From NCBI GenBank assembly GCA_964434315.1, contig CAYSUX010000002.1:1-37194 (forward strand): a stretch of DNA of 37,194 nucleotides, read 5' to 3'. The position numbers and the translations under genes are program-made. Below, in pieces: positions 1 through 7,850 of the stretch (the stretch's first letter is position 1; each line of letters begins with the position of its first letter). The notes beneath the pieces are model-generated. The model searched no databases, was not told where the DNA came from, and worked only from the letters and a program-made list of their open reading frames with translations. This stretch comes from an uncultured archaeon (GTDB lineage Archaea > Thermoplasmatota > Poseidoniia > MGIII > CAYLMJ01).

Positions 1-145
1 ACCCCCGACCGGGAGAACAACATCTAATGAGGCCGGTACTGAAGAGCCATCGGAAGATGGTCTGGCCGCGATCTGGGCCACCCTGGCTGCAATCTGGACC
101 GCCCTGCCCGGCATTCAGGACCTGGAGGACCGCCTCGCCAAGGCA

Positions 146-763
146 TTGAACATCACCAGCTCCCGCGATCGTTTCATGTTCGATACCGCGTTCAATTTCA
201 TCATCATCCTGTTCGCGGCCATCATCGTCGATATGTTCTATCTGGCCATGACCCAGGATGTCAACTCCCTTTATCATATCCAGAAGCTCATCGCCAAGAC
301 CCTGGTCGCCATCCTGAAGTTCCAGGGTCTGGAGAGTGGCTATTTCGAGGTCCAAGGCGGCACCCCGGCGGTCTCCACTCCCGGGCTTACCGCTAGCTGG
401 GAGATCACCAAGGATTGCTCTGGCATCCGGGAGACCCTGTTCCTGGGCGTGCTGGTGCTCTGCTTCAGGGGCGTGCGGTGGCAGGTCCGGGTGAAATGGG
501 CCATCATCTTCAGTGTGGTCATTTTCGTGGAAAATCTCATTCGCATCCTGTCGAACTACCCCATCGAGCAGACCTACGATTTCGCGACCTGGGACAAGTT
601 CCATTACTACTGGTGGAACATCGGCCAGTATTTCGTTGTCATGACCCTCTTCATGCTCTGGGTGATATTCGTCGCCCAGAAGGACATTATGGAGCAGGAG
701 CGGGAGCTACGCCGCCGGAAAAAGGAATCCAAAGAGAAAGCGGCGTCAGAAATCCCTGAATGA
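146..763 (+). CDS. archaeosortase/exosortase-family membrane transpeptidase. The frame is open back to base 2, so the true start may lie upstream of the window.
   Basis: Polytopic membrane ORF. The family-signature Cys sits in ITKDCSGIRETLFLG, and a conserved Arg in ENLIRI follows 42 aa later, matching the Cys-Arg spacing I recall for archaeosortase A. Charged C-terminal tail. TTG at 146 is only the first start-like codon in the frame. Confidence 0.55.
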   Translation: MNITSSRDRFMFDTAFNFIIILFAAIIVDMFYLAMTQDVNSLYHIQKLIAKTLVAILKFQGLESGYFEVQGGTPAVSTPGLTASWEITKDCSGIRETLFLGVLVLCFRGVRWQVRVKWAIIFSVVIFVENLIRILSNYPIEQTYDFATWDKFHYYWWNIGQYFVVMTLFMLWVIFVAQKDIMEQERELRRRKKESKEKAASEIPE

Positions 764-777
764 TACTTTCGAATTGA

Positions 778-1368
778 TCACTCGGGCTCGCCATAAAGCC
801 AGATCTCGTCACCCACATACTGTAATGTGAAGACCGCCTTGTCCTTGGCATCCTTGCTCGCCATCGACTCCCCTTCCTGCAAGGCCCAGCCCACTGCCAG
901 GGGTTGCCGGTTCCGTTCATCGCGTACCCAAACCGGTGTGCCGGGTCTGACGTTCGCAGCGGCCCCGATGACCCCGGGCGCCATGACATGGGCTCCGTTG
1001 CTCAGATAGGGTACCGCTCCCATGTCCACCTCGACCCAGTTGTTCCGGGGCTTGAAGGTCAATACCCCCCGCACGGTCAGGCAGACGCCGGAATTGGCAG
1101 GGTCACCGGCAGCATCTCCTTCCGCTTTGGCCACCTGTTCCAGTCCGTGAGCCAGCCTTGCCCTGCCGCCCTTGATGGTCTCCCCGACGAGCAATACCAG
1201 GATACGGTTCTCCTGCAGGAGGCATTGCCAGCCCGGACCCTGGGCCACTTCTATCTCTCCGGGGCTGAAGGCCAGACCAAGATTGTAGGAGTCGTTCAGC
1301 ATCTCGGCAAAGGTGCGGGCCTCCTTCTTGTTGACCGGATGACGGTGGCGCAGGGAGATAGTGACCAT
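778..1368 (-). CDS. PUA-domain RNA-binding protein (archaeal pre-PUA + PUA type)
   Basis: The C-terminal block VDMGAVPYLSNGAHVMAPGVIGAAANVRPGTPVWVRDERNRQPLAVGWAL matches the PUA consensus (D.GA..f...GA.VM.PG...G..V.v......plAvG.a). Confidence 0.65.
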   Translation of the reverse strand: MVTISLRHRHPVNKKEARTFAEMLNDSYNLGLAFSPGEIEVAQGPGWQCLLQENRILVLLVGETIKGGRARLAHGLEQVAKAEGDAAGDPANSGVCLTVRGVLTFKPRNNWVEVDMGAVPYLSNGAHVMAPGVIGAAANVRPGTPVWVRDERNRQPLAVGWALQEGESMASKDAKDKAVFTLQYVGDEIWLYGEPE

Positions 1369-1410
1369 GGATAGGGCGAATCCGTTCCCAACTAAAGGTT
1401 AACGGCCCGC

Positions 1411-1431
1411 GACCCGAGACCCGAGACCCGC
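1411..1431. repeat. heptamer tandem repeat (GACCCGA)x3 in the divergent promoter region between the PUA gene and ugd
   Basis: Read directly: gacccga gacccga gacccgc. Confidence 0.9.
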
Positions 1432-1464
1432 AAGGGCCAAATAGCCTGTGGATATCCACCGGCC

Positions 1465-2910
1465 ATGCGCGTATCAGTCATGGGCACCGGCTACGTTGGC
1501 CTGGTTTCCGGCGTGGCCCTGGCCGAGCATGGCCATCAGGTGGTCTGCCTGGATGTCATTCCCGAGAAGATCGAGACCCTGAACAGGGGCGTCAGTCCCA
1601 TCTTCGAGCCCGGCCTCGATGAGCTACTGGACCGCCATGTGACCGCCGGGACCCTCAAGGGTTCGCTGGATATCGAAACCGAGATCGCCGCCTCGGATAT
1701 CACCTTCATCTGCGTGGGCACCCCCAGCCGACCCGACGGCTCCATCGATCTGGCCTACATCGAGCAGGCCAGCGCCAGTGTCGGTCGCGCCCTGGCCAAG
1801 AAGGCTCCGGATTCCTATCACACCGTTGTCGTCAAATCCACCGTGGTGCCGTTGACCACCGAGACCGTCGTGGGTCCGGCCGTGACCGAAGCCTCGGGTC
1901 GTGTTCCGGGGAAGAACCTGGGTCTGGTGATGAACCCCGAGTTCCTGAAAGAAGGGGCCGCCATCGAAGATGCCATGAACCCGGACCGTATCGTCATCGG
2001 CGCCGGCGACGAGCACGCCCGCAAGATAATGGATGAGCTCTATTCCCGTTTCCAATGCCCGGTGCTCCATACCGATCCGCGTACCGCCGAGTACATCAAG
2101 TACGCCTCCAACGCCTTTCTGGCGGTCAAGATAAGCTTCGCCAACGAGCTGGCTAACGCCGCGGAGGCCTGGGGCATCGACTGGCAGATCGTGGCCGAAG
2201 GTATGGGCCTTGACTCCCGTATCAGCCACAAGTTCCTGGTCCCGGGGGTCGGTTTCGGTGGCTCCTGCTTTCCCAAGGATGTCCGGGCCATCCAGGCGAA
2301 GGCCAATAGTGACGGGCATCCCTCCCGGGTCCTGGCTGCTGCCCTGGAAGTAAACGAGGTCCAGCCGGCCCGGGCTCTTGAGCTGGCTCTGGAAGCCCTG
2401 GCCGCCGCTACTGCCCCCGCCTCCTCCACCGCCCTGGTCGAGGCCGCCGCCCCGGACCCTAGCGCCACCACCGCTGACGCCACCGGCCTCAAAGGTTGCA
2501 AGGTGGCCCTGCTGGGTCTGGCCTTCAAGCCCGATACCGACGATGTGCGAGAGACCCGGGCCCTGCCCATCGCCCAGGCCCTGACCGCGGCCGGCGCCCG
2601 GGTCACGGCCCACGATGTGGAGGGCACCGAGAACTTCAAGGCCCTGGTCAGGGAGAAACTGGCAACAGATGGAAAGGCGGGCGAACTACCCCTCCGGTAC
2701 ACCGACGACCCCGAGGTCGCCCTCAAGGACGCAGAAGTGGCCATCGTCCAGGTCCCTTGGACCATCTACCGTGAACTGCCTGCCGTCAGATGGGCCGAGC
2801 TGATGTCCGGACCCAGGGCCGTCATCGACTGTCGCCGGGGACTCGATTCCCAGGCTTTCGAGGCCGCCGGGCTGGTGTATCGGGCGATCGGGTTCGGGCG
2901 GCCTTGTTAG
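1465..2910 (+). CDS. ugd: UDP-glucose/GDP-mannose dehydrogenase family protein (UDP-glucose 6-dehydrogenase-like) with an Ala/Thr/Ser-rich insert
   Basis: N-terminal Rossmann motif VMGTGYVGLVSG, catalytic-Cys motif GFGGSCFPKDV, and C-terminal GLAFKPDTDDVRE. An extra low-complexity linker (LAAATAPASSTALVEAAAPDPSATTADA) precedes the C-terminal domain. Confidence 0.88.
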   Translation: MRVSVMGTGYVGLVSGVALAEHGHQVVCLDVIPEKIETLNRGVSPIFEPGLDELLDRHVTAGTLKGSLDIETEIAASDITFICVGTPSRPDGSIDLAYIEQASASVGRALAKKAPDSYHTVVVKSTVVPLTTETVVGPAVTEASGRVPGKNLGLVMNPEFLKEGAAIEDAMNPDRIVIGAGDEHARKIMDELYSRFQCPVLHTDPRTAEYIKYASNAFLAVKISFANELANAAEAWGIDWQIVAEGMGLDSRISHKFLVPGVGFGGSCFPKDVRAIQAKANSDGHPSRVLAAALEVNEVQPARALELALEALAAATAPASSTALVEAAAPDPSATTADATGLKGCKVALLGLAFKPDTDDVRETRALPIAQALTAAGARVTAHDVEGTENFKALVREKLATDGKAGELPLRYTDDPEVALKDAEVAIVQVPWTIYRELPAVRWAELMSGPRAVIDCRRGLDSQAFEAAGLVYRAIGFGRPC

Positions 2911-3022
2911 CCCGGCTTTCCTACGGCCGGGTGGTGGTGGGGGCTCGAGGGTACACTGCTTTCCCTTTCAATTCTAGGTAATCTACATTCATCAGTATTA
3001 ATCTGCGGCTTTTTTTGCAATT

Positions 3023-3053
3023 AGACACGGATTTCACAGATTACACGGATTTT
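3023..3053 (+). repeat. array A: three phased 9-bp units (CACGGATTT CACAGATTA CACGGATTT)
   Basis: Read directly: agaCACGGATTTCACAGATTACACGGATTTt. It is a near reverse complement of array C at 4144-4172. Confidence 0.85.
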
Positions 3054-3120
3054 ATTATTTATGAGGGGAGGATTGCAAATCTAGCTTACGCTGACCTGTT
3101 TGAGGTTCTTATGGAAAATA

Positions 3121-3183
3121 AGACACGGATTTCATAGATTTAATTAAGAAAAATCTGTGAAATCAGTATGTTAATCCGTGTCT
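3121..3183. repeat. array B/B': imperfect palindrome built from forward and reverse 9-bp units
   Basis: AGACACGGATTTCATAGATTT (3121-3141), a 9-nt spacer, AAATCTGTGAAATC, a 9-nt insert, then ATCCGTGTCT (to 3183). Confidence 0.8.
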
Positions 3184-3475
3184 ATAATTCTGAAGCCTTA
3201 GCGCGTCTGCTCTGTCCAGTGGCGGCAAGCCTGCTCCGCCCAGAATAGATTAATCGGGACATGTCCTGTAAATACCTTTTAAGGCCAAGCCGAGGAGACT
3301 AGCGGAGCTTGGTAGCAATGAAAACTCCAAGCACGAAGCACGACCAAGCCATCTATAGCTCCTCCTCACAAAGACAGCTACACGGCCCTGGCGGCTTGAC
3401 CGCGTTGGGCAGCGGGGCTCACGAAGAATCCCGTGATGTTTGACACTGAAGTTTGATGAAAGTCATCCCAGCTAT

Positions 3476-4072
3476 TCATAATTGGCCCGACTCGTCTAAT
3501 TTTTCTACTAATAAACTAGCTAGAACCAAATGATGTAGGGCTCTTTCAGGACTAATAACAATGTTTTCATGTGCTTTTGGGTTTCGGATACCACTCATTG
3601 CCCCCGCAAAGAGATACATATAACCTCGCTGAATAGATTGGCCAGTTTCTGTAGTAAGGTCGTCAAGTACAATTATTGGTTTTTCAGGTTTAAAAGCTGA
3701 AAACATCAAGTCCTGACCATCCTTCTCTACTCCAGTCTTGTTACGATATAATCTCTTTACAATCATATTAATTTCTTTAAAAGATGCCTCAACTGAATCT
3801 GCGAATTCACCATTAGTGAAACGTTTTTTTGACACATCACAAACTTTCGTGTGTATTATATCCCAAACACTATTAAACTGCACATCTATTGAGTTCTTTG
3901 CGTCAATTTTTTCAATGTTTAAATTCCAAATTCGTCCGTCAGTTAAGAAATTGAAACTAGTCTCACACTTAACGCATACTCTTTGCTCTGCGATCTTTAT
4001 TCTAAGATCATTCGAGTTTTTGTAGAATCCCTGTGGAGTTCCACATTCTCGGCAATACGCTAATAATAGCAT
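3476..4072 (-). CDS. zinc-ribbon + HEPN-domain protein (TIGR02391 / Hypoth_Ymh-type), predicted RNase/toxin-like
   Basis: N-terminal CRECG...CVKCE (4 Cys). The C-terminal GAMSGIRNPKAHENIVISPERALHHLVLASLLVEKLD contains the R-x4-H HEPN motif in the sequence context of the TIGR02391 family. AT-rich codon usage. SD-like GAAGGTGG lies upstream of the ATG. Confidence 0.65.
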   Translation of the reverse strand: MLLLAYCRECGTPQGFYKNSNDLRIKIAEQRVCVKCETSFNFLTDGRIWNLNIEKIDAKNSIDVQFNSVWDIIHTKVCDVSKKRFTNGEFADSVEASFKEINMIVKRLYRNKTGVEKDGQDLMFSAFKPEKPIIVLDDLTTETGQSIQRGYMYLFAGAMSGIRNPKAHENIVISPERALHHLVLASLLVEKLDESGQL

Positions 4073-4143
4073 AGAGTTACCACCTTCATCCCTTAAAATC
4101 TTCTATGATAACGTTATAATATCTTCGATTTCATTAACACTAT

Positions 4144-4172
4144 AATCTGTGTAATCCGTGAAATCCGTGTCT
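4144..4172 (-). repeat. array C: three reverse-orientation 9-bp units
   Basis: AATCTGTGTAATCCGTGAAATCCGTGTCT, an inverted partner of array A. It lies ~70 bp upstream of the HEPN gene start. Confidence 0.85.
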
Positions 4173-4235
4173 AATTTCCCACTTACACACCAGTAAACAT
4201 AGTGTTTCAAGATTCAATGTCATTAATTTAACCGC

Positions 4236-4247
4236 GAAATCCGTGTC
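4236..4247 (-). repeat. array D: single reverse unit (GAAATCCGTGTC) just 3' of the GxxExxY gene
   Basis: Read directly. It lies 6 nt from the stop codon at 4253-4255. Confidence 0.6.
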
Positions 4248-4252
4248 AAATA

Positions 4253-4624
4253 TTAATCTAATATTTTCCTCCTCACCTCTACGGAAGGACCAAAGTTAAT
4301 CAGCAATCCTATTTCAATCCCGGTGGCTTTAAGATAATTAACCAGTTGAACCTCATGGATTTCAATTAACTGTCTGACGGCCTTTAATTCCAAAATAACC
4401 ATATCCTCAACGACAATATCAGCGATGTAATCTCCAACAACATGGCCTTTGTACTTTACAATGACTGGCTTTTCCTTTTCAGCCTTCAATCCTATAGCAT
4501 TCAATTCGATACAAAGTGCATTTTGATATACTTTTTCTAGAAAACCATAACCCAATTCATTGTGAACAGTGAAAGCTGTCCCGATTATCTTACCAGTCAA
4601 ATCCTCATGTTTTAAATCACCCAT
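4253..4624 (-). CDS. GxxExxY protein (PD-(D/E)XK nuclease superfamily, TIGR04256-like)
   Basis: Has the GFLEKVY (GxxExxY) motif and the nuclease core D-x12-ELK (DYIADIVVEDMVILELKAV). About 123 aa, typical for the family. SD-like GGAGGG lies upstream. Confidence 0.8.
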   Translation of the reverse strand: MGDLKHEDLTGKIIGTAFTVHNELGYGFLEKVYQNALCIELNAIGLKAEKEKPVIVKYKGHVVGDYIADIVVEDMVILELKAVRQLIEIHEVQLVNYLKATGIEIGLLINFGPSVEVRRKILD

Positions 4625-4937
4625 TTGCTACCCTCCACTTCAATCCGCATCTAATTCACTCCGAGATAGCCTTCGCTGGTCCGGGCACCCCTCTTATCAC
4701 TCCATCCATCAGCCACGTCAAGGGTCAATTCAGGCGTGCCGGGAACCGCAACCGGTTCGGTGGTGTTCGTAGTGGCGCCCATCGTGGTCTGGGCGCGGTA
4801 GTCGGGCATACGAGGCTGAGGAGCTGAAGAGGTCAGGGGTCAAAGGTGTTTTGGATAGCACCCTCGAAAGTTCACGATAGCTATTGCCTCTCAAGTTGGC
4901 TGATGGCAGAACAGGCGTGAGGGTGCCTTGGAATGTA

Positions 4938-5006
4938 AGACACAGATTTCACAGATGATATGGATTCTGGTTAAATATAATCTGTGAAATCCGTGAAATC
5001 CGTGTC
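4938..5006. repeat. array E/E': imperfect palindrome of forward (2) and reverse (3) 9-bp units
   Basis: AGACACAGATTTCACAGAT (4938-4956), a 22-nt spacer, then AATCTGTGAAATCCGTGAAATCCGTGTC (4979-5006). Confidence 0.85.
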
Positions 5007-5099
5007 GAAATTTCTTATTTTGTAACCGATCGACATGGCTACTCTACTCACCGGTCAGTCCAGTTTCTCCAGGTCCCGGAAGGCCTGGTACGACGGACC

Positions 5100-5648
5100 T
5101 CACTCCCATCGATGGTGGGCCGGGTGGCCCTCCTCCACCGCCACGAACAGACCTTCGCCGGTGGCCGTTATCTCGCCTTCGGCCTCCACTGCCATCTCCA
5201 CCTTCACCTTCGGGTCATCGATGCTGACGACCTTACTGGTGATACGCAAAGGCGGGCCGTAGGGCGTTGGCCTCAGGAATCGGACAGAATAATGAGCTGT
5301 GACAGTGCTGGGCATCTCGGCGTCCGGCGAATCTGTCAGGCCCCGGGCGTCCAGCAGGGCCACGGCGGCGGTCCAGTTGCCATGACAATCCAGCAGCACC
5401 CCCAGGATACCACCGTTGATGGTATCGCCAAATGCCTTATGGTGAGCCGCGGGTTGAAAATCGCAATTGAGACCCGTTCCTTCCTTTAAATATGGTTCGT
5501 CGGGAAAGCGATGACTCTTGATCCGGAGGCCCAGTTCATTGGCGGGTCCGCAACCAAAGCAGATCCCGTCGGGACCGTATCGGTCCTGCATTGACGCCTT
5601 TGTGATCGATGTCTCTTTGATCATGGACTGGAAAGATGATACCCCCAT
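5100..5648 (-). CDS. PaaI-family (hotdog-fold) thioesterase
   Basis: Has CFGCGPANELGL near the N-terminus and INGGILGVLLDCHG (the hGG...D hotdog motif). Confidence 0.7.
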   Translation of the reverse strand: MGVSSFQSMIKETSITKASMQDRYGPDGICFGCGPANELGLRIKSHRFPDEPYLKEGTGLNCDFQPAAHHKAFGDTINGGILGVLLDCHGNWTAAVALLDARGLTDSPDAEMPSTVTAHYSVRFLRPTPYGPPLRITSKVVSIDDPKVKVEMAVEAEGEITATGEGLFVAVEEGHPAHHRWE

Positions 5649-5759
5649 TTGATGGTTACCACCGATCCGGACCTCTTTTAATTATTGGTCATTCATCGAC
5701 CATCGACATCGCATCGGCCATCGACCCCAAGGCTAATAAACTAGCCATAATTTCAAACA

Positions 5760-7850
5760 GTGACCATTAACTGGCTGATGTCCATGGCCGAGTTGACAGC
5801 AGAGAACCACGAGAACGCAGAAGCCCAGTCATCCCCATCTTCTGAAGATGGTGATGGAACGGTTACCGATCTCATCGAAAATGGCTATGATGAACTCATC
5901 GAACCCGCAGTCCCGAAGCCGGAAGAACTGCTGGAAGAGACCTCCGAGAGCATGGATGGCATGGATGATGTGGAGTCCGGTTCGTCTGGTTCGTCTGGTT
6001 CGTCTGGTTCGTCTGGTTCGTTCGAGGACCTTTCGGTGGAAGGGGGAGCCTCCAAACCACTGGAGATCGAGCTTCCATCCGCAGAACCCGAAACAGAGAT
6101 GGCCAACCAAGAGGGGATTGTACCACCCGAACCGGAGCCCCTGGGACTGGCCCACACAGTGGAGGTGACCCAACAACGGAAGCGGTACGATCCCTGGGCC
6201 CGACTGGCGATCCTCGAGGAGTCCCTGTCGCTGATAGCCCTCCTGTCCATCGCCCTGCTGGCCTTCACATTCCTGATCCTGTTCAAGTTCAGTACCCATT
6301 CGAACATCGATAATTCGCTGGTGTTCAACATCATCACCATCGGTGTCAGCATGGCCTGGGCCCTGTTCGCCATCCTGGGTTGCGGCTATCTGATGTCCAG
6401 GCCCCTGCTCGAGCGGGTCGATGCCGAATGTGGCAGGCTCTGTACGAATCTGCGTCAAACCGCCCTGGTCCTGATACCTCTGGGTTTACTCCTGGGTCTG
6501 GCCGGGTTGTTCATCGAACAGGACTTTCTGGGCCCCCTGGGCTTGGGTCTGCTGACCGCGACCCCCCTTCTGGCCCTCCAGGGCCGGGGAATGATACCCA
6601 AACGGGCCTGGCCTCCCGCCACCCTGATCACCCTGGGCGCCATACTGTTGGGTCCCGGGGTCTGGGAGGCCGGAACTCTGCTGGGTTCCGATACCGCGGT
6701 GTGCGAGGCGGTCACCGCCCTCATGTTACTGACCGGGGGAGCAATGGTGATGGGAGGCGCCATAGCCATGCGCCATCCCAATGATTGTCTATTCCCCTGG
6801 GTGCTCGGTGCTGTCATCCTGGCCGGTGTGATCGGCCTGGGCATAGGAGATAATTTCGGGATCGGGACCATGCTGGCCGGAGCCGGCGGAGGCCTGTTGA
6901 TCGTCGGGGGCCTCATCGGCTGGCAGTGGCGAACCGGTGAGTTACTTCAGCGTTCAGCTATCATCGAGGCCGGAAAGGAAGCCATGAACCAGGGTAGACC
7001 CGTGAAGGCCCTAACCAATTTCGACCTGGCCTTCCGTCTGGCATCCCGGGACGGTATGTTGCTCAACGAACCCCGGCTCTGGGCCCTGAAAGGGGCTGCG
7101 CTATCACAGCAACGCAAGTACCGGCGAGCCCTGGTCTTCCTGGGTGTGGCTTTGGAGCTGGACCCCACCGATGAACTGGTCTGGTACGAGCGAGGCAAGC
7201 TATATGGCAGCCTGAAGCGATGGGAAGGGGCGATAGAATGTTATTCCAGAGCCGTTTCCTTGCGCCACGATTACGTCGAGGTCTGGCTCGCCCTGGGCGA
7301 GGCTCATCTGAAGGTCAACGCCAACCAGGAGGCCCAGGCCGCCTTTGGTCGCATAACCCAGTTGAACCCCAGGGATATCAAGGGCTGGCTGGGGCTGGGA
7401 CGGGCCAATGCAGCCCTGGGTCAGGTACGTCAGGCGGTCCAGGCCTTTGACACGGCCAGCCGGGTGGACCCCGGCGCTGTGAGCCCCTACATGGCCAAGG
7501 CCCAGGTCTACTACTCCCTCAACCTGTGGGAGAAGTCCCAGCAGGCCTACGAGATGGTCATCCACCTCGATCCGAAATCGGCCGAGGGGTGGTGGAAGAT
7601 GGCTGGCTGTTACCTGGAGTTGCAACAACCCCAGATGGCCCTGAACGCTCTCAACAATTTCATCGACCTGGAGCCAAAGAATGTGAATGGATTGCTACGC
7701 AGGGCCGCTCTACATTACGATGAGGAGGAGTATGGCGAGGCCGTTTCCGACATCCATCTGGCCATCGAGATCGAACCTGACAACGAGGCGGGCCAACAAT
7801 TGAAGAAGGTTGTTCTTAGCCACCTCGACAGCCGGGGGAAGTGGCATTGA
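5760..7850 (+). CDS. polytopic membrane protein with an acidic N-terminal region, an (SGS)n repeat and C-terminal TPR repeats
   Basis: Roughly 8-10 hydrophobic helices in the middle. The C-terminal ~270 aa contain repeated 34-aa W/Y..LG.....g....A...f..a..ldP patterns (TPR). GTG start at 5760, with alternative ATGs at 5778 and 5784. Confidence 0.6.
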   Translation: MTINWLMSMAELTAENHENAEAQSSPSSEDGDGTVTDLIENGYDELIEPAVPKPEELLEETSESMDGMDDVESGSSGSSGSSGSSGSFEDLSVEGGASKPLEIELPSAEPETEMANQEGIVPPEPEPLGLAHTVEVTQQRKRYDPWARLAILEESLSLIALLSIALLAFTFLILFKFSTHSNIDNSLVFNIITIGVSMAWALFAILGCGYLMSRPLLERVDAECGRLCTNLRQTALVLIPLGLLLGLAGLFIEQDFLGPLGLGLLTATPLLALQGRGMIPKRAWPPATLITLGAILLGPGVWEAGTLLGSDTAVCEAVTALMLLTGGAMVMGGAIAMRHPNDCLFPWVLGAVILAGVIGLGIGDNFGIGTMLAGAGGGLLIVGGLIGWQWRTGELLQRSAIIEAGKEAMNQGRPVKALTNFDLAFRLASRDGMLLNEPRLWALKGAALSQQRKYRRALVFLGVALELDPTDELVWYERGKLYGSLKRWEGAIECYSRAVSLRHDYVEVWLALGEAHLKVNANQEAQAAFGRITQLNPRDIKGWLGLGRANAALGQVRQAVQAFDTASRVDPGAVSPYMAKAQVYYSLNLWEKSQQAYEMVIHLDPKSAEGWWKMAGCYLELQQPQMALNALNNFIDLEPKNVNGLLRRAALHYDEEEYGEAVSDIHLAIEIEPDNEAGQQLKKVVLSHLDSRGKWH
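5979..6023 (+). repeat. in-frame 9-bp tandem repeat (GGTTCGTCT)x4.9 encoding SGSSGSSGSSGSSGS
   Basis: Read directly. Confidence 0.9.

Larger units (their letters stand above)
2990..5010. mobile_element. AT-rich foreign island carrying two nuclease-type genes, bounded and subdivided by 9-bp-unit repeat arrays. No recombinase is present.
   Basis: Sharp compositional drop relative to the flanks. It interrupts housekeeping genes. Inverted repeat arrays lie at 3023-3053, 3121-3183, 4144-4172, 4236-4247 and 4938-5006. Confidence 0.4.

Noticed and set aside
1624-2613. Long antisense or alternative-frame ORFs inside ugd. The same phenomenon occurs at 9432-10439 and 9895-10587 in coaBC, at 36238-36978 in fixC, at 33006-33779 in the reductase gene, and at 21162-21569 in ndk.
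   Set aside because: High-GC genes generate long stop-free shadow frames. These translations are Gly/Arg/Pro/Ala-rich, match no family, and fully overlap ORFs with clear family motifs.
4651-4809. 52-aa minus-strand ORF (MPDYRAQTTMGATTNTTEPVAVPG...) upstream of the GxxExxY gene
   Set aside because: It is short, has no SD or TATA signal that I could see, and resembles no family. It is mentioned only as a possibility within the spacer finding.
3023-5006. Whether the 9-bp-unit arrays could be a CRISPR array or canonical integron attC sites
   Set aside because: The units are only 9 bp and directly abutting, with no repeat-spacer periodicity, so this is not CRISPR. No integron integrase or R''/R' (GTTRRRY) core sites are recognisable, so an integron cannot be claimed. 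Only the cassette-like analogy is retained.
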